A stretch of DNA of 32,000 nt from Candidatus Saccharimonadota bacterium (GTDB taxonomy: Bacteria > Bacteroidota > Bacteroidia > Flavobacteriales > Blattabacteriaceae): contig NZ_OZ034981.1 of NCBI RefSeq assembly GCF_964030875.1, positions 60,001 through 92,000 of the forward strand, written 5' to 3'. The notes beneath the pieces are model-generated. The model did no database searches, was not told the DNA's origin, and saw nothing but the letters and a program-made list of their open reading frames with translations. The position numbers and the translations under genes are program-made. Within the stretch, counting starts at the first letter, position 1. Each line of letters starts with the position of its first letter. This document shows positions 1 through 11,375 of this stretch, piece after piece.

Positions 1-1638
1 TGAAGAAAATACTAATCCTTCACCTTTAATTTTCCTATCTGATGTAGATTTAAAACATTTTGTCATATAATAAAGTCCTAGGACCATGTCTTGTGATGGA
101 ACAGTAATAGGAGATCCATTAGCAGGATTTAAAATGTTTTGTGACGACAGCAGAAGTAATTTAGCTTCTAGAATAGCCTCTGGTCCCAGTGGGAGATGTA
201 CCGCCATCTGATCACCGTCAAAATCTGCATTGAAAGCTGTGCAGACCAATGGGTGCAGTTGTATAGCTTTACCCTCAATGAGTTTGGGATAAAAAGCTTG
301 AATTCCTAATCTATGCAATGTAGGAGCACGGTTAAGCAGTACTGGATGCCCTTTAAGCACATTATCCAAGACATACCATACAAACGGATCACGGTTATCA
401 ACAAGTTTTTTAGCTGATTTTACGGTTTCAACAATACCACGTTCTAGTAATTTCCTAATAATAAAAGGTTTGTAAAGTTCTGCAGCCAGATCTTTGGGAA
501 GTCCACATTCGTATAGTTTTAACTTCGGTCCTACTACAATTACAGAACGTGCTGAATAATCTACACGTTTTCCTAAAAGATTATGACGAAATCGTCCTTG
601 CTTACCTTTAAGTGAATCAGATAAAGATTTCAAAGTTCGATTACGATTCATAGCGGATGTTTTCTTTGTGTTATCATATAATGAATCCACTGCTTCTTGA
701 AGCATCCGTTTTTCATTTCGAAGAATAATATCAGGAGCCTTTATTTGTAAAAGACGTTTCAATCGATTATTACGAATAATAATTCGACGATAGAGATCGT
801 TTAAATCTGAAGTTGCAAAACGTCCACCCTCTAGAGGTACTAAAGGACGTAATTCAGGTGGAATCACTGGAAGAGCGTGAATAATCATCCACTCTTTACA
901 ATTTTTTTTAGATGATTCTATAAATGCTTCTACTACCTGCAACCGTTTTAGAGCTTCTAGACGTCGTTGTTTATATGTTTCATTCTCGGCTTTATGACGA
1001 AGACTAGAAGAAAGTTCATCTAGATTTACTCGTTTAAGTAGTTCTTCTATACATTCAGCACCCATCTTAGCGAGAAATTTATTAGGATCTCTATCATCAA
1101 GGTCGAGATTTTCCTTTGGTAGATTCTCTACTATTTGTAGATACTCTTCCTCCATTAAAAATTCCATTTTTTTCAAAGGGGTACCATCGGGATATTGGGC
1201 AATACCCGGCTGGATGACCACATATCGTTCATAATAAACGATAAGGTCAAGTTTTTTTGAAGGAATACCTAAAAGGTAACCAATCTTATTGGGTAATGAT
1301 CTAATATACCAGATATGTACCACAGGGACTACTAAATTAATATGTCCAATACGTTCACGTCGGACTTTTTTTTCTGTAACCTCTACACCGCATCTGTCAC
1401 AGACAATCCCCTTATAACGAATTCTTCTATATTTTCCACAAGAACACTCATAATCCTTTATGGGACCAAAAATTCGTTCACAAAATAGTCCGTCACGTTC
1501 TGGTTTATGAGTCCGATAATTAATTGTTTCAGGTTTTAGTACTTCTCCGTAAGATTCTTGAAGGATATACTCCGGAGAGGCCAAACTTATAGTAACCTTG
1601 TTAAAGTTTTGAACTTTTTTAGTTGTTTTTATAGACAT
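1..1638 (-). CDS. rpoC: DNA-directed RNA polymerase subunit beta-prime, N-terminal 546 codons (3-prime part lies beyond the window edge)
   Basis: The minus-strand frame is open from the ATG (CAT at 1636-1638) to position 1. The N-terminus reads [87 protein letters not shown] (zinc-finger cysteines). [20 protein letters not shown] lies near 841-900 and the catalytic [12 protein letters not shown] near 195-230. It sits directly downstream of rpoB. It is absent from the ORF track, apparently because it has no stop inside the window. Confidence 0.95.
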   Translation of the reverse strand, partial: MSIKTTKKVQNFNKVTISLASPEYILQESYGEVLKPETINYRTHKPERDGLFCERIFGPIKDYECSCGKYRRIRYKGIVCDRCGVEVTEKKVRRERIGHINLVVPVVHIWYIRSLPNKIGYLLGIPSKKLDLIVYYERYVVIQPGIAQYPDGTPLKKMEFLMEEEYLQIVENLPKENLDLDDRDPNKFLAKMGAECIEELLKRVNLDELSSSLRHKAENETYKQRRLEALKRLQVVEAFIESSKKNCKEWMIIHALPVIPPELRPLVPLEGGRFATSDLNDLYRRIIIRNNRLKRLLQIKAPDIILRNEKRMLQEAVDSLYDNTKKTSAMNRNRTLKSLSDSLKGKQGRFRHNLLGKRVDYSARSVIVVGPKLKLYECGLPKDLAAELYKPFIIRKLLERGIVETVKSAKKLVDNRDPFVWYVLDNVLKGHPVLLNRAPTLHRLGIQAFYPKLIEGKAIQLHPLVCTAFNADFDGDQMAVHLPLGPEAILEAKLLLLSSQNILNPANGSPITVPSQDMVLGLYYMTKCFKSTSDRKIKGEGLVFSS

Positions 1639-1693
1639 TTATAAAAATTTATAGTTCAGATTTTTCGCGAAGAGTACGAAATGAACGATATAT

Positions 1694-4600
1694 TTATTCT
1701 TCAAGATGGAGGTTTAATCCGAGTCCTTTAAGTTCATGTAGCAATACATTGAAAGATTCAGGAATCCCTGGTTCAGGCAGAGTTTCTCCTTTAACAATAG
1801 ATTCATAGGTTTTAGAACGACCTACTACATCATCAGATTTTACGGTAAGTATTTCTCTTAGAATGTTTGAAGCTCCAAAAGACTCTAGAGCCCACACTTC
1901 CATTTCTCCAAAACGTTGTCCTCCGAATTGCGCTTTACCACCTAAAGGTTGCTGGGTGATCAGTGAATAAGGACCTATGGAACGAGCATGCATCTTGTCG
2001 TCTACCATATGACCAAGTTTTAACATATAAATAATTCCCACGGTAGTTGGCTTATCAAAACGTTCTCCAGTTTCCCCATCATAAAGATAGGTGCTTCCTA
2101 AGTTAGGTAATCCGGCCTTACTAGTATATTCAGTAATTTGTTCTATTGAAGCACCATCAAATATAGGTGTAGAAAATTTTATTCCCAGCTTATGACCTGC
2201 CCATCCCAATATGGTTTCATATATTTGTCCAATATTCATTCTTGATGGAACACCTAATGGATTAAGCACAATATCTACAGGGGTACCGTCTTCCAAAAAT
2301 GGCAGATCTTCATCACTCACAATACGTGATACAATTCCCTTATTACCGTGACGTACGGCCATTTTATCACCTACTTTAAGTTTTCGCTTTTTAGCAATGT
2401 ATACTTTTACTAGTTTTACTATTCCCAGGGGCAATTCATCACCTACAGAAAGAGTAAATTTTTTACGTTTTAGTTCTCCTTGTAAATTTATAACCTGAAT
2501 TTTATAATTATGTAATAGCATTGAGACTAAACGATTCGTATGATCATCTGAAGTCCATTCATAAGAAGAAATATTGATATAATCATAAATATTCTCTAGA
2601 AGATTTTTAGTAAAGATGTTTCCTGCAGGAATAATTTCTTCTTGCATATCATTCTCGATTCTCCTAGAGATTTTAGATTGTAAAAGTGTATATAATTTCT
2701 CACATAGCATCTTATGCAATTCAGAAAAACTACTTTGATATTGAGATTCAAAATATTCTATGTCCATTTTATCTTGGGCACGTCTTTTTTTATCTTTAAT
2801 ACTTCTTGAAAAAAGCTTTCTATCAATAACCACTCCGTAAAGCGAAGTATCTGCTTTTAATGACGAATCTTTTACATTACCAGCTCTTTCTCCAAATATA
2901 GCTATGAGAAGTTTTTCTTCCGGTGTCGGATCATATTCTCCTTTTGGAGTTATCTTTCCGATAAGAATATCTCCAGGTTTTACCTCTGATCCTACACGAA
3001 TAATTCCATTTTCATCTAGGTTTTTAGTAGCCTCCTCACTAAGGTTAGGAATATCACTGGTAAGTTCTTCCATACCTAATTTTGTATCACGTACTTCTAG
3101 AGAATATTCATCTATGTGAATAGATGTAAATAAATCTTCACGAACTACACGCTCCGAAAGAACAAAAGCGTCTTCAAAATTAAAACCCTTCCAAGGCATA
3201 AAAGCCACAAGTATATTCCTACCTAAAGCTATTTCTCCTTTTTCCGTAGCATAACCTTCGCAGAGCACTTGTCCTTTGGACACTTTCATTCCCTTTCTAA
3301 CAATAGGCTTAAGTCTAATTGAAGTATTTTGATTAGTTTTTTTAAACTTCATAATGTTGTAGGTTTTAATGTTAGAATCAAAACTGAGAAAAGCTTCTTC
3401 TTCAGTTATGTTATAACGGATAGAAATATGATCTGATTCGACGTATTCTACAAGACCTTCTCCCTCCGCATTAATAAGTAGACGGGAATCAGTAGCCACT
3501 TTTTTCTCAAGACCAGTTCCGACAATCGGAGATTCAGGACAAAGCAAAGGCACAGCTTGACGCATCATATTTGAACCCATTAGAGCACGATTGGCATCAT
3601 CATGTTCAAGAAAAGGAATTAGAGAAGCTGAAATAGAAGCTATTTGATTGGTTCCTACATCAATGTAATCAATTTTATCATATTCAACCATCGGAAAATC
3701 TCCGTCTTTCCTGGAAATAACTATCTCGTTAAGAAAATATCCATCTTCATCCACCTTTGCCTTAGCCGTAGCTATAGTTTTTTCCGACTCGTCCTCAGTG
3801 GGAAGATAAATAGAAGAAGAAAAGTCAATTTGACCATTTGTAACTTTTCTGTAAGGGGTTTCTATGAATCCCAGACTATTCACTTTAGCAAACACACAAA
3901 GTGAATAAATTAATCCAATATTGGTCCCTTCTGGGGTTTCTATGGGACAAAGTCTACCGTAATGGGTATAATGAACATCACGAACTTCGAAACCAGCACG
4001 GTCCCTAGAAAGACCTCCTGGGCCAAGAGAAGAGAGTCTTCTCTTATGCGTTATTTCAGAAAGTAAATTAGTCTGGTCCATAAATTGAGAAAGTGGGCTA
4101 GTACAAAAAAAAGAATTTATGACCGAAGAAAGAGTTTTTGCATTGATTAAATCAATAGGAGTAAAAACTTCATTATCACGGACATTCATTCTATCACGAA
4201 TAGTACGTGCCATACGTGATAACCCAATATTTAATTGTGCCGATAATTGCTCACTTACTGTTATCACTCTACGATTTGAAAGATTATCAATGTCATCTAT
4301 TTTTGAGTGAACTCTCTTAAGAATATATTTTACAATATAGATAAAATCTTCTTTTGTAATTACCTGTATTTCAATAGGAATATTTATTCCTAAACGTTGA
4401 TTAAGTCGGTATCTTCCTACTTCTCCGAGATGGGATCGATTAAAAAAAATTTTTTCAATTACTCCAATAGCTGTTTCTGAGTCGGGAGGTTCAGAATTTC
4501 TGAATTGTCTGTATATATGTTCAAGCGCTTCCTTACCAGAATTGGTCGGATCTTTGTTAAGCGTATTTTTAAGAATGATATAATCGATAGTGTTCTTTTC

Positions 4601-5485
4601 TTTTTTTTGTAAAATAACGCTATCTATACCTGATTCTATGAGGTGATAAATATGCTCCTGTTCAAGGATAATATCACGATCAAGAATAACCTCATTTCTT
4701 TGAATGGAAATAACTTCTCCGGTGTCTTCATAAACGAAATCTTCTATCCATTGTTTTAAAACACGTGCTCCAACTTTAGAACCTATTAATTTGTTGTAAT
4801 TAGATTGAGTGACCTTAACTTCTTCAGAGAAGTTGAAAAGATCAAAAATATCTTGATCTTGTTCGTATCCAATAGCACGAAAAAGTGTAGTAACTGGAAA
4901 CTTTTTTTTACTATCTACATAAGCATACATTACATTGTTGATATCGGTAGAAAATTCAATACCTGATCCCTTTAAGGGTATTACTCTAGCTGAGTATAAA
5001 CGTGTACCATTAGCGTGTATAGATTTACCAAAAAAGATTCCTGGAGAACGATGCAGTTGTGAAACCACTACACGTTCAGCTCCATTGATTATGAAAGACC
5101 CTGTTGGAGTCATATAAGGAATAGTTCCAAGATAAACGTCCTGAATAACTGTCTTAAAATCTTCATGTTCAGGATCTTGACAAGAGATCTTCATACGAGC
5201 CTTCAAGGTTACACTAAAAGTTAACCCTCTTTCAAGACATTCTTCGATAGAATACCTTGGAGGATCTAATAAATAATCTAGAAATTCTAGAACAAATTGA
5301 TTTCTTACATCGTAAATAGGAAAATTTTCCATGAAGGTTTTAAATAATCCTTCATTTTTTTTATTTTCGGATTGGTTTTCTAGTTGAAAGAATTCCTTAA
5401 AAGATTGGATCTGAATTTCAAGAAAATCAGGATACTCTACTTGCTTCTTCACAGAAGCAAAACTAACTCTAGAAGTCAACGTCAA
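1694..5485 (-). CDS. rpoB: DNA-directed RNA polymerase subunit beta
   Basis: 1263-aa ORF with diagnostic beta-subunit blocks ([61 protein letters not shown]). The start codon is TTG (CAA at 5483-5485). Position is between rplL and rpoC. Confidence 0.97.
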   Translation of the reverse strand: MTLTSRVSFASVKKQVEYPDFLEIQIQSFKEFFQLENQSENKKNEGLFKTFMENFPIYDVRNQFVLEFLDYLLDPPRYSIEECLERGLTFSVTLKARMKISCQDPEHEDFKTVIQDVYLGTIPYMTPTGSFIINGAERVVVSQLHRSPGIFFGKSIHANGTRLYSARVIPLKGSGIEFSTDINNVMYAYVDSKKKFPVTTLFRAIGYEQDQDIFDLFNFSEEVKVTQSNYNKLIGSKVGARVLKQWIEDFVYEDTGEVISIQRNEVILDRDIILEQEHIYHLIESGIDSVILQKKEKNTIDYIILKNTLNKDPTNSGKEALEHIYRQFRNSEPPDSETAIGVIEKIFFNRSHLGEVGRYRLNQRLGINIPIEIQVITKEDFIYIVKYILKRVHSKIDDIDNLSNRRVITVSEQLSAQLNIGLSRMARTIRDRMNVRDNEVFTPIDLINAKTLSSVINSFFCTSPLSQFMDQTNLLSEITHKRRLSSLGPGGLSRDRAGFEVRDVHYTHYGRLCPIETPEGTNIGLIYSLCVFAKVNSLGFIETPYRKVTNGQIDFSSSIYLPTEDESEKTIATAKAKVDEDGYFLNEIVISRKDGDFPMVEYDKIDYIDVGTNQIASISASLIPFLEHDDANRALMGSNMMRQAVPLLCPESPIVGTGLEKKVATDSRLLINAEGEGLVEYVESDHISIRYNITEEEAFLSFDSNIKTYNIMKFKKTNQNTSIRLKPIVRKGMKVSKGQVLCEGYATEKGEIALGRNILVAFMPWKGFNFEDAFVLSERVVREDLFTSIHIDEYSLEVRDTKLGMEELTSDIPNLSEEATKNLDENGIIRVGSEVKPGDILIGKITPKGEYDPTPEEKLLIAIFGERAGNVKDSSLKADTSLYGVVIDRKLFSRSIKDKKRRAQDKMDIEYFESQYQSSFSELHKMLCEKLYTLLQSKISRRIENDMQEEIIPAGNIFTKNLLENIYDYINISSYEWTSDDHTNRLVSMLLHNYKIQVINLQGELKRKKFTLSVGDELPLGIVKLVKVYIAKKRKLKVGDKMAVRHGNKGIVSRIVSDEDLPFLEDGTPVDIVLNPLGVPSRMNIGQIYETILGWAGHKLGIKFSTPIFDGASIEQITEYTSKAGLPNLGSTYLYDGETGERFDKPTTVGIIYMLKLGHMVDDKMHARSIGPYSLITQQPLGGKAQFGGQRFGEMEVWALESFGASNILREILTVKSDDVVGRSKTYESIVKGETLPEPGIPESFNVLLHELKGLGLNLHLEE

Positions 5486-5522
5486 CGTTAATTTTATTTA
5501 TGTTTTTAGTATTCTCAAGAAT

Positions 5523-5879
5523 TTATTTCAATTCTACTTCAGCACCAGCTTCTTCTAATTTTTTTTTAAGTGATTCGGCTTCATTTTTAGTTATCCCTTC
5601 TTTAACATTCTTGGGAGCACTATCTACTAGTTCCTTAGAATCTTTAAGTCCCAATCCAGTAATTTCTTTAATAAGTTTAACTACGGTTAGTTTAGAACTT
5701 CCTGCAGATTTAAGTACTACATCAAAAGATGTTTTTTCTACACTGGGTTTACCTGAATCAATAACGGGAATAGTAGCTGGTTCAATACCGTATTCTTCCT
5801 TTAGAATTTTAGCCAAATCATTTACTTCTGAAACTTTTAGGTTAATCAAAGTTTCTGCTAATTTTTTTATGTCTGACAT
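5523..5879 (-). CDS. rplL: 50S ribosomal protein L7/L12
   Basis: 118-aa ORF. It has a typical L7/L12 C-terminal domain ([56 protein letters not shown]) and the expected operon position. Confidence 0.95.
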   Translation of the reverse strand: MSDIKKLAETLINLKVSEVNDLAKILKEEYGIEPATIPVIDSGKPSVEKTSFDVVLKSAGSSKLTVVKLIKEITGLGLKDSKELVDSAPKNVKEGITKNEAESLKKKLEEAGAEVELK

Positions 5880-5903
5880 ATATAAATAATTTTTCGTGAT
5901 TTT

Positions 5904-6434
5904 TTAAAATTTGGGTGATCCTCTTGATAATATTTCAAGGCATCCTAAAATTTTATGATCTACTGATTTTAATGTAGAAATAATTTTTTTTATAGGAAAA
6001 TGTAATAAACTGATTACATCACTAATCAATTCTTTTTTATCTTTTATATTAACTAATGTTTCGAATTGTTCAGATCCAAGATAAAAGGATTCTTCTACAT
6101 AAGCGCCTAAAAATAAGGGTTTATCACTATGATTTTTTTTGTTGAAATCTCTAATGATTTTTGCAGGAACATTATTCACTTCCGAAGTCATCACAAAGGT
6201 ATTTCCTTGAATAACACAAAATAACGGAGACCATTTTGTTATATGGCTTTCCATAGCTTTGCGTAATAAGGTATTTTTAACTAACCGAACCTGAACCTGA
6301 GAATCGTAACAATTACGTCTTAATTCAGAAATTTTATTTGCATTTATTCCAGAAATATCGGCAAAATATATATTCTTTGAAGATAAGACAGAAGTAAGGG
6401 TTTTTATTGATTGTAATTTTTGTTCTTTTGTCAT
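5904..6434 (-). CDS. rplJ: 50S ribosomal protein L10
   Basis: 176-aa ORF between rplA and rplL. L10-like N-terminus (FADISGINANKISELRRNC...VQVRLVKNTLLRKA). It overlaps the rplA stop by 4 nt. Confidence 0.9.
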   Translation of the reverse strand: MTKEQKLQSIKTLTSVLSSKNIYFADISGINANKISELRRNCYDSQVQVRLVKNTLLRKAMESHITKWSPLFCVIQGNTFVMTSEVNNVPAKIIRDFNKKNHSDKPLFLGAYVEESFYLGSEQFETLVNIKDKKELISDVISLLHFPIKKIISTLKSVDHKILGCLEILSRGSPKF

Positions 6435-7126
6435 ATTATACTTTTAACATCTACCTGTATTCCAGTACTCATAGTTCCTGAAAGAAAGATACTTTTCAGA
6501 TAAGTTCCCCGAGTTGAAGAGGGTTTCAACCTATTGATCATTTTAATTAACTCAAGAGAATTATCGACTACCTTTTCAGGTAAAAACGAAGCTCTTCCCA
6601 CAGAAGCATGTACAATACCGAATCGATCTACTTTAAAATCTATTTTACCATATTTAACTTCTTTAATAGATTTTCCAATTTCTGTACTAATCGTTCCAGT
6701 TTTAGGATTGGGCATTAATCCTCTAGGACCAAGTATTTTACCTAAACGTCCTAACTTTGGCATCATCATTGGCGTGGTAATAATCACGTCAATTTCAGTC
6801 CACCCATGATTAATCTTTTCAAGATATTCATCTGAACCAACATAATCTGCCCCAGCCTCTTTCGCTTCAACTTCTTTGTCAGGTCCAACAAGGGCTAAAA
6901 TACATATATTTTTACCTGTACTATGAGGTAACTTAACTACGCCACGAACCATTTGGTTCGATTTTCTAGTATCTATACCTAGACGTACAGCAATATCAAT
7001 TGAAGAGTCAAACCTACTATAGGAAGATATTTCTTTTACAATCTTTGCAGCCTCAGATAAGGTATAAGCTTTATTTCTATCGTATTTATTATAAATTTGT
7101 TTTATCTTTTTAGTGAGTTTTCTCAT
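6431..7126 (-). CDS. rplA: 50S ribosomal protein L1
   Basis: 231-aa ORF with L1 signature blocks (DIAVRLGIDTRKSNQMVRG, LGPRGLMPNPKTGT, GKIDFKVDRFGIVHASVGRASF). Confidence 0.95.
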   Translation of the reverse strand: MRKLTKKIKQIYNKYDRNKAYTLSEAAKIVKEISSYSRFDSSIDIAVRLGIDTRKSNQMVRGVVKLPHSTGKNICILALVGPDKEVEAKEAGADYVGSDEYLEKINHGWTEIDVIITTPMMMPKLGRLGKILGPRGLMPNPKTGTISTEIGKSIKEVKYGKIDFKVDRFGIVHASVGRASFLPEKVVDNSLELIKMINRLKPSSTRGTYLKSIFLSGTMSTGIQVDVKSII

Positions 7127-7579
7127 CTATTTATTATTTTTATTCATCGTAGACTCACCATAGATTTCTATTCCCATGGATCTAGCTGTACCTGCCACCA
7201 TAGACATAGCGGATTTTAGGTTAAAACAATTTAGATCCGGCATTTTATTTTCTGCAATTCTTTTCACTGTATTCCAATCTATTTTTGCCACTTTATTTCG
7301 ATTGGGTTCTTTAGAACCTTTTTTTAACGAAGTTGCCTCCATCAACTGAACAGATACAGCAGGATTTTTTACTATAAAGTCAAAAGATCCATCATCATAA
7401 ATATTTATTAATACAGGGAACAATTTTCCAAGATTATTCTTAGTACGATCGTTAAATTGTCTACAAAAAGACATAATATTTATCCCAGCTGCTCCACAGG
7501 CTGGTCCTATAGGAGGTGAAGGGTTCGCTGTTCCTCCATTGATTTGAAGTCTTATAACTTTTTTTATTTTTTTTACCAT
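7127..7579 (-). CDS. rplK: 50S ribosomal protein L11
   Basis: 150-aa ORF with L11 blocks ([59 protein letters not shown]). Confidence 0.95.
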   Translation of the reverse strand: MVKKIKKVIRLQINGGTANPSPPIGPACGAAGINIMSFCRQFNDRTKNNLGKLFPVLINIYDDGSFDFIVKNPAVSVQLMEATSLKKGSKEPNRNKVAKIDWNTVKRIAENKMPDLNCFNLKSAMSMVAGTARSMGIEIYGESTMNKNNK

Positions 7580-7602
7580 TGTTATGATTATGTTGTAAAT
7601 AT

Positions 7603-8151
7603 TTATATTATTTTTTCTATTTGCGTAAAACTTAAATCTAATGGAGTTTTTCTTCCAAAGATTAATACTGATAAAGAAACTTTTTCTTCATGTATTTTCT
7701 CTATAGTTCCATAAAATCCTACAAAGGGACCATCTATTATTTTTACTTTTTCTCCTAGAATGAAGGAAACACTGATACTGGCATTCCTTTCGGATAGTTC
7801 ATTTACTATTCCAAACATCCTATTTACTTCTGATTTTCTCATTGGAATAGGGTGACCACCTTTTTTTTCACTTAAAAATGAAATAACTCCAGGAATATTT
7901 TTTATAGTATGTTCTACTTGACTTTTTAAACAAGTTTCTATCAACACATACCCAGGATAATAGATTTTTTCTTTTTTATTTTTTTTCCCATTACGGATCT
8001 TAATTATCTTTTTTACAGGAACTAGCACCTTCCCTATATTTTCTTTAATACCTAAATGCTGTATTTCATTTTCTATGTAGTATTTAACTTGATTTTCTTT
8101 GCCACTTACAGTTCTAAGGATATACCACTTTTTTTCGTTAGGATTTTTCAT
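7603..8151 (-). CDS. nusG: transcription termination/antitermination factor NusG
   Basis: The ORF track gives 7603-8277, but the first 42 codons overlap secE and look nonsensical. The internal ATG (CAT at 8149-8151) gives [23 protein letters not shown]..., a typical NusG NGN start. A KOW-like C-terminus is present ([21 protein letters not shown]). Confidence 0.9.
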   Translation of the reverse strand: MKNPNEKKWYILRTVSGKENQVKYYIENEIQHLGIKENIGKVLVPVKKIIKIRNGKKNKKEKIYYPGYVLIETCLKSQVEHTIKNIPGVISFLSEKKGGHPIPMRKSEVNRMFGIVNELSERNASISVSFILGEKVKIIDGPFVGFYGTIEKIHEEKVSLSVLIFGRKTPLDLSFTQIEKII

Positions 8152-8153
8152 AT

Positions 8154-8324
8154 TTAAAAAATGACGTGTAAAACAATTCCAAAAATTGCATCTATGCAAG
8201 AGACAATAAGAGATAATATAAAAACATAAACTGAGACCATAACAGCAGAAGATTGTAATTCTTCCCATTTTGGCCAAGTAACATTCCTTACAAATTCATT
8301 AAAAAAGTTGTAGAAATTTTTAAT
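8154..8324 (-). CDS. secE: preprotein translocase subunit SecE (start codon uncertain, no ATG/GTG/TTG available)
   Basis: The C-terminal 60 residues of ORF 8154-8519 read ...KLRRKIKNFYNFFNEFVRNVTWPKWEELQSSAVMVSVYVFILSLIVSCIDAIFGIVLHVIF. That is the flavobacterial SecE pattern: an NVTWP motif followed by one TM helix. The gene lies between tRNA-Trp and nusG as expected. The frame upstream of 8350 runs into tRNA-Trp. The only plausible initiator is ATT at 8324-8322, with CTT at 8336 as an alternative. Confidence 0.7.
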   Translation of the reverse strand: MKNFYNFFNEFVRNVTWPKWEELQSSAVMVSVYVFILSLIVSCIDAIFGIVLHVIF

Positions 8325-8350
8325 TTTTCTACGAAGTTTACAGGTTTTTG

Positions 8351-8423
8351 CACGGGCGATAAGAATCGAACTCACGACCTTCGGTTTTGGAGACCGATGC
8401 TCTACCAACTGAGCTACACCCGT
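8351..8423 (-). tRNA. tRNA-Trp (anticodon CCA)
   Basis: The reverse complement ACGGGTGTAGCTCAGTTGGTAGAGCATCGGTCTCCAAAACCGAAGGTCGTGAGTTCGATTCTTATCGCCCGTG folds by hand into a cloverleaf. It has a 7-bp acceptor stem, anticodon loop CTCCAAA and T-loop TTCGATT. No CCA is encoded. Confidence 0.93.
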
Positions 8424-8442
8424 TTTTTGAAGAGGAATAATA

Positions 8443-9630
8443 TTAATCAAATATTTTTGTAACTTTACCTGCTCCAACAGTTCTTCCTCCTTCACGGATA
8501 GCAAAACGTAGGCCCTCACTTAAAGCAACAGGTTGAATTAATACAACTTTTACAGATATATTATCTCCAGGCATTACCATTTCTACACCATCAGCAAGGT
8601 GAATTTCTCCAGTAACATCTGTGGTCCTAAGATAAAATTGAGGACGATATTTATTATGGAACGGGGTATGTCTTCCACCTTCTTCTTTGGATAGAATATA
8701 CACCTCTGCATTAAATATCCTATGAGGTTTGACAGAACCGGGTTTACCAATGACCATACCACGTCGAATATCTGTTTTTTCAATCCCACGTAACAGTAAA
8801 CCGACGTTGTCTCCCGCTTGACCTTTATCAAGAATTTTCCTAAACATTTCCACACCAGTTACGGTCGAAGTCAGTTTTTTTTCTACCAGACCTACTATTT
8901 CGACAGAATCACCCGTACTAACAACACCAGTTTCAATCCGTCCGGTAGCTACAGTACCTCGTCCTGTAATAGTAAATACATCTTCTACAGGGAGCAAGAA
9001 AGTTTTATCAACATTCCGAATTGGTTCAGGAATATAATTGTCTATAGCCGTTATTAATTCGTTAATTTTTTCCATCCATTTTACTTCTCCATTTAAAGCA
9101 CCTAATGCAGAACCATGTATTATAGGAGTATTGTCCCCATCAAATTCATATTTTGATAATAACTCGCGAAGTTCAATTTCGACAAGTTCCAGAAGTTCTG
9201 GATCATCTACTATATCTACTTTGTTCATCAAAACCACGAGTTTAGGAACACCTACCTGACGAGCTAAAAGAATATGTTCCCGAGTTTGTGGCATGGGACC
9301 ATCGCTAGCTGCAACCACTAAAATAGCACCATCCATCTGTGCTGCACCAGTAACCATGTTTTTTACATAGTCAGCATGTCCAGGACAATCTACATGTGCA
9401 TAATGACGTTTATGTGTTTGGTACTCAACATGTGATGTATTAATAGTGATACCACGTTCTCTTTCTTCAGGAGCATTATCAATTGCACTAAAATCTTTTG
9501 CTTCAGCCAACCCTTGCTCAGATAAGACTTTAGTAATAGCAGCTGTCAAAGTAGTTTTACCATGATCTACGTGACCAATTGTACCGATATTCAAATGAGG
9601 TTTGTCACGTTTAAATTTTTCTTTTGCCAT
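8443..9630 (-). CDS. tuf: translation elongation factor Tu
   Basis: 395-aa ORF with [18 protein letters not shown] and NKVD G-motifs and full-length EF-Tu similarity. Confidence 0.98.
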   Translation of the reverse strand: MAKEKFKRDKPHLNIGTIGHVDHGKTTLTAAITKVLSEQGLAEAKDFSAIDNAPEERERGITINTSHVEYQTHKRHYAHVDCPGHADYVKNMVTGAAQMDGAILVVAASDGPMPQTREHILLARQVGVPKLVVLMNKVDIVDDPELLELVEIELRELLSKYEFDGDNTPIIHGSALGALNGEVKWMEKINELITAIDNYIPEPIRNVDKTFLLPVEDVFTITGRGTVATGRIETGVVSTGDSVEIVGLVEKKLTSTVTGVEMFRKILDKGQAGDNVGLLLRGIEKTDIRRGMVIGKPGSVKPHRIFNAEVYILSKEEGGRHTPFHNKYRPQFYLRTTDVTGEIHLADGVEMVMPGDNISVKVVLIQPVALSEGLRFAIREGGRTVGAGKVTKIFD

Positions 9631-9664
9631 GATTTATAATTGTGTTTATCCTTGTAATTTAGAG

Positions 9665-9736
9665 AGCCAATGACGGGTATTGAACCCGTGACCTCTTCCT
9701 TACCAAGGAAGCACTCTACCTCTGAGCTACATCGGC
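9665..9736 (-). tRNA. tRNA-Thr (anticodon GGT)
   Basis: Reverse complement GCCGATGTAGCTCAGAGGTAGAGTGCTTCCTTGGTAAGGAAGAGGTCACGGGTTCAATACCCGTCATTGGCT. The acceptor pairs GCCGATG/CATTGGC, the anticodon stem pairs CTTCC/GGAAG and the loop is TTGGTAA. Confidence 0.92.
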
Positions 9737-9747
9737 TAGACTCTTTG

Positions 9748-9820
9748 AGCGGAAAACGGGTCTCGAACCCGCGACCTTCAGCTTGGAAGGCTGACGCTCT
9801 ACCAGCTAAGCTACTTCCGC
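9748..9820 (-). tRNA. tRNA-Gly (anticodon TCC)
   Basis: Reverse complement GCGGAAGTAGCTTAGCTGGTAGAGCGTCAGCCTTCCAAGCTGAAGGTCGCGGGTTCGAGACCCGTTTTCCGCT, with anticodon loop CTTCCAA. Confidence 0.92.
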
Positions 9821-9825
9821 ATTTC

Positions 9826-9846
9826 ATGGTGTATGGTGTATGGTGG
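9826..9846. repeat. 7-bp tandem repeat (ATGGTGT x3) spanning the tRNA-Gly/tRNA-Tyr spacer and the 3-prime ACCA end of tRNA-Tyr
   Basis: Copies at 9826-9832, 9833-9839 and 9840-9846, read directly. The last copy differs at its final base. Confidence 0.85.
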
Positions 9847-9925
9847 GGAGAGCAGGATTCGAACCTGCGAAGATTATATCAACAGATTTACAGTCTGCCC
9901 TCGTTAACCGCTTGAGTATCTCCCC
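9841..9925 (-). tRNA. tRNA-Tyr (anticodon GTA), long variable arm, 3-prime CCA encoded
   Basis: Reverse complement GGGGAGATACTCAAGCGGTTAACGAGGGCAGACTGTAAATCTGTTGATATAATCTTCGCAGGTTCGAATCCTGCTCTCCCCACCA. The acceptor GGGGAGA/TCTCCCC pairs perfectly, the anticodon loop is CTGTAAA, and there is a class II variable arm. Confidence 0.92.
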
Positions 9926-9935
9926 CATTAATTTT

Positions 9936-10009
9936 AGCCGGCGAAGGGATTCGAACCCTTGACACCGAGATTACAAATCACGCGCTCTAGCCAACTGAGC
10001 TACACCGGC
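9936..10009 (-). tRNA. tRNA-Thr (anticodon TGT)
   Basis: Reverse complement GCCGGTGTAGCTCAGTTGGCTAGAGCGCGTGATTTGTAATCTCGGTGTCAAGGGTTCGAATCCCTTCGCCGGCT. The anticodon loop is TTTGTAA, and the anticodon stem has one T-T mismatch. Confidence 0.88.
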
Positions 10010-10071
10010 AGTGCCTACAAGGTAAAAATTAGACGAACCTATACAGTAAAGATAATATATAAAAAAAAAAT

Positions 10072-11121
10072 CTAAACTTTAAGATCAGCTATTTTAAGAG
10101 CATTGATCATTTCTTGAATATGTCCATTCATAAATTCATCCAGAGAATAAATTGATTTGTTGATCCTATGATCTGTCACTCGACCCTGAGGATAATTGTA
10201 GGTCCGAATTTTAGCCGATCGATCTCCAGTAGAGACTAATGATTTCCTTTCATTGGCTCGTTCTTGAGTATTCTTTTTTAATTCTGTTTGATATATACGT
10301 GCACGAAGTACATTTAAAGCTTTTTCATAATTCTTATGTTGATAACGTTCTTCTTGACATTCTACTACTATTCCTGTTGGTATATGTGTTAAACGAACTG
10401 CTGATTCAGTTTTATTCACGTGTTGTCCTCCTGCTCCGCTTGATCGGAATGTTTCTCTTTTAATATCATCCGAGTTAATATTTACATTAATAGCGTCCAC
10501 TTCAGGTAAAACCGCTACAGTAATAGCTGAAGTGTGGACTCGACCTTGAGATTCAGTTTCAGGAATTCGTTGCACACGATGTATTCCAGATTCAAATTTT
10601 AAAATACCATATACTTTTTCTCCTTGTACATCTAGTATAATTTCTTTATATCCATGACCAGTTGATTCTTGTGCGTTTAAAATCTTATATTTCCAATTTC
10701 TATTTTTAAAGTACATGGTGTACATTCGTAAAATATTTGTCACAAATAGACAAGCCTCATCACCTCCTGTTCCTGCACGTAACTCAACAATAGCATTTTT
10801 ATCATCTTCAGAATCTTTAGAATCCACTAAAGATTGAATTTTATTTTCTATTTGTTCTAAATCTATCAACAGTTTATTTTTTTCTTCTTGTGCCATTTTT
10901 TTTATTTCAATACATTCAATAGCATCACAAAGAATTTTTTCATTTTCGTGTAAAGATTTAGATTTAGATTTATAGTCGTGATAGATTTGTATAATCTTTT
11001 CCAGATTTTTATATTTTTTTGAAAGAGATACAAAACGTTGTTTATTTGCAATAATATTAGGTTGAATAATAAGATCATAAATCTCGTCAAATTCTTGCTC
11101 TAGTTTATCAAGCTTTTCCAT
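10072..11121 (-). CDS. prfA: peptide chain release factor 1
   Basis: The ORF carries the GGQ motif ([23 protein letters not shown]) and an RF1-type P-x-T tripeptide ([14 protein letters not shown]). ORF track start 11187 is GTG. In-frame ATGs lie at 11139 and 11121. [13 protein letters not shown] at 11121 matches RF1 N-termini best, so the start is uncertain by 18-66 nt. Confidence 0.92.
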   Translation of the reverse strand: MEKLDKLEQEFDEIYDLIIQPNIIANKQRFVSLSKKYKNLEKIIQIYHDYKSKSKSLHENEKILCDAIECIEIKKMAQEEKNKLLIDLEQIENKIQSLVDSKDSEDDKNAIVELRAGTGGDEACLFVTNILRMYTMYFKNRNWKYKILNAQESTGHGYKEIILDVQGEKVYGILKFESGIHRVQRIPETESQGRVHTSAITVAVLPEVDAINVNINSDDIKRETFRSSGAGGQHVNKTESAVRLTHIPTGIVVECQEERYQHKNYEKALNVLRARIYQTELKKNTQERANERKSLVSTGDRSAKIRTYNYPQGRVTDHRINKSIYSLDEFMNGHIQEMINALKIADLKV

Positions 11122-11375
11122 TAGAAACCTTTTTTTCATCTTTTCCTGTTTTATAAATGTTTGACTGAACTTTACTATCACTAACACTAATGAATTACAA
11201 GAAAAAGTGGATTAAATGACGAAATATATCTAAAGATAGAGAAAAAGTACATAAAACTGATATGCACTCTAAAGACAAAATTTATAATGAAAATCGTAAG
11301 ACATTGGAATACTCAGTATAACACATAACGTACAATTTTTACATATATGAGGAAAAATCAAACCAAATAGACATT

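Noticed and set aside
2904-5117. Four plus-strand ORFs (2904-3119, 3644-3904, 4119-4310, 4935-5117) inside rpoB
   Set aside because: They are antisense shadows of a strongly conserved 1263-aa gene. They are low-complexity, match no recognisable family and have no room for independent expression signals.
5500-5889. 129-aa plus-strand ORF covering rplL
   Set aside because: It is the exact antisense of L7/L12, which has clear homology. Its Ser/Leu-rich translation is typical of a shadow frame.
8152-8519. N-terminal extensions of the track ORFs 7603-8277 (nusG) and 8154-8519 (secE)
   Set aside because: The nusG extension overlaps secE and is Cys/Phe-rich nonsense. The secE extension reads through tRNA-Trp and the 3-prime end of tuf, so neither can be real coding sequence.
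9591-9915. ORFs 9591-9827 (minus strand) and 9670-9915 (plus strand)
   Set aside because: Both are read-through of the four-tRNA cluster, and the region is fully explained by tRNA-Thr, Gly, Tyr and Thr.
10540-10580. RF1 recognition tripeptide reads PET instead of the familiar PAT/PVT
   Set aside because: It still fits the P-x-T RF1 pattern. A single variable middle residue is not evidence for altered stop-codon recognition.
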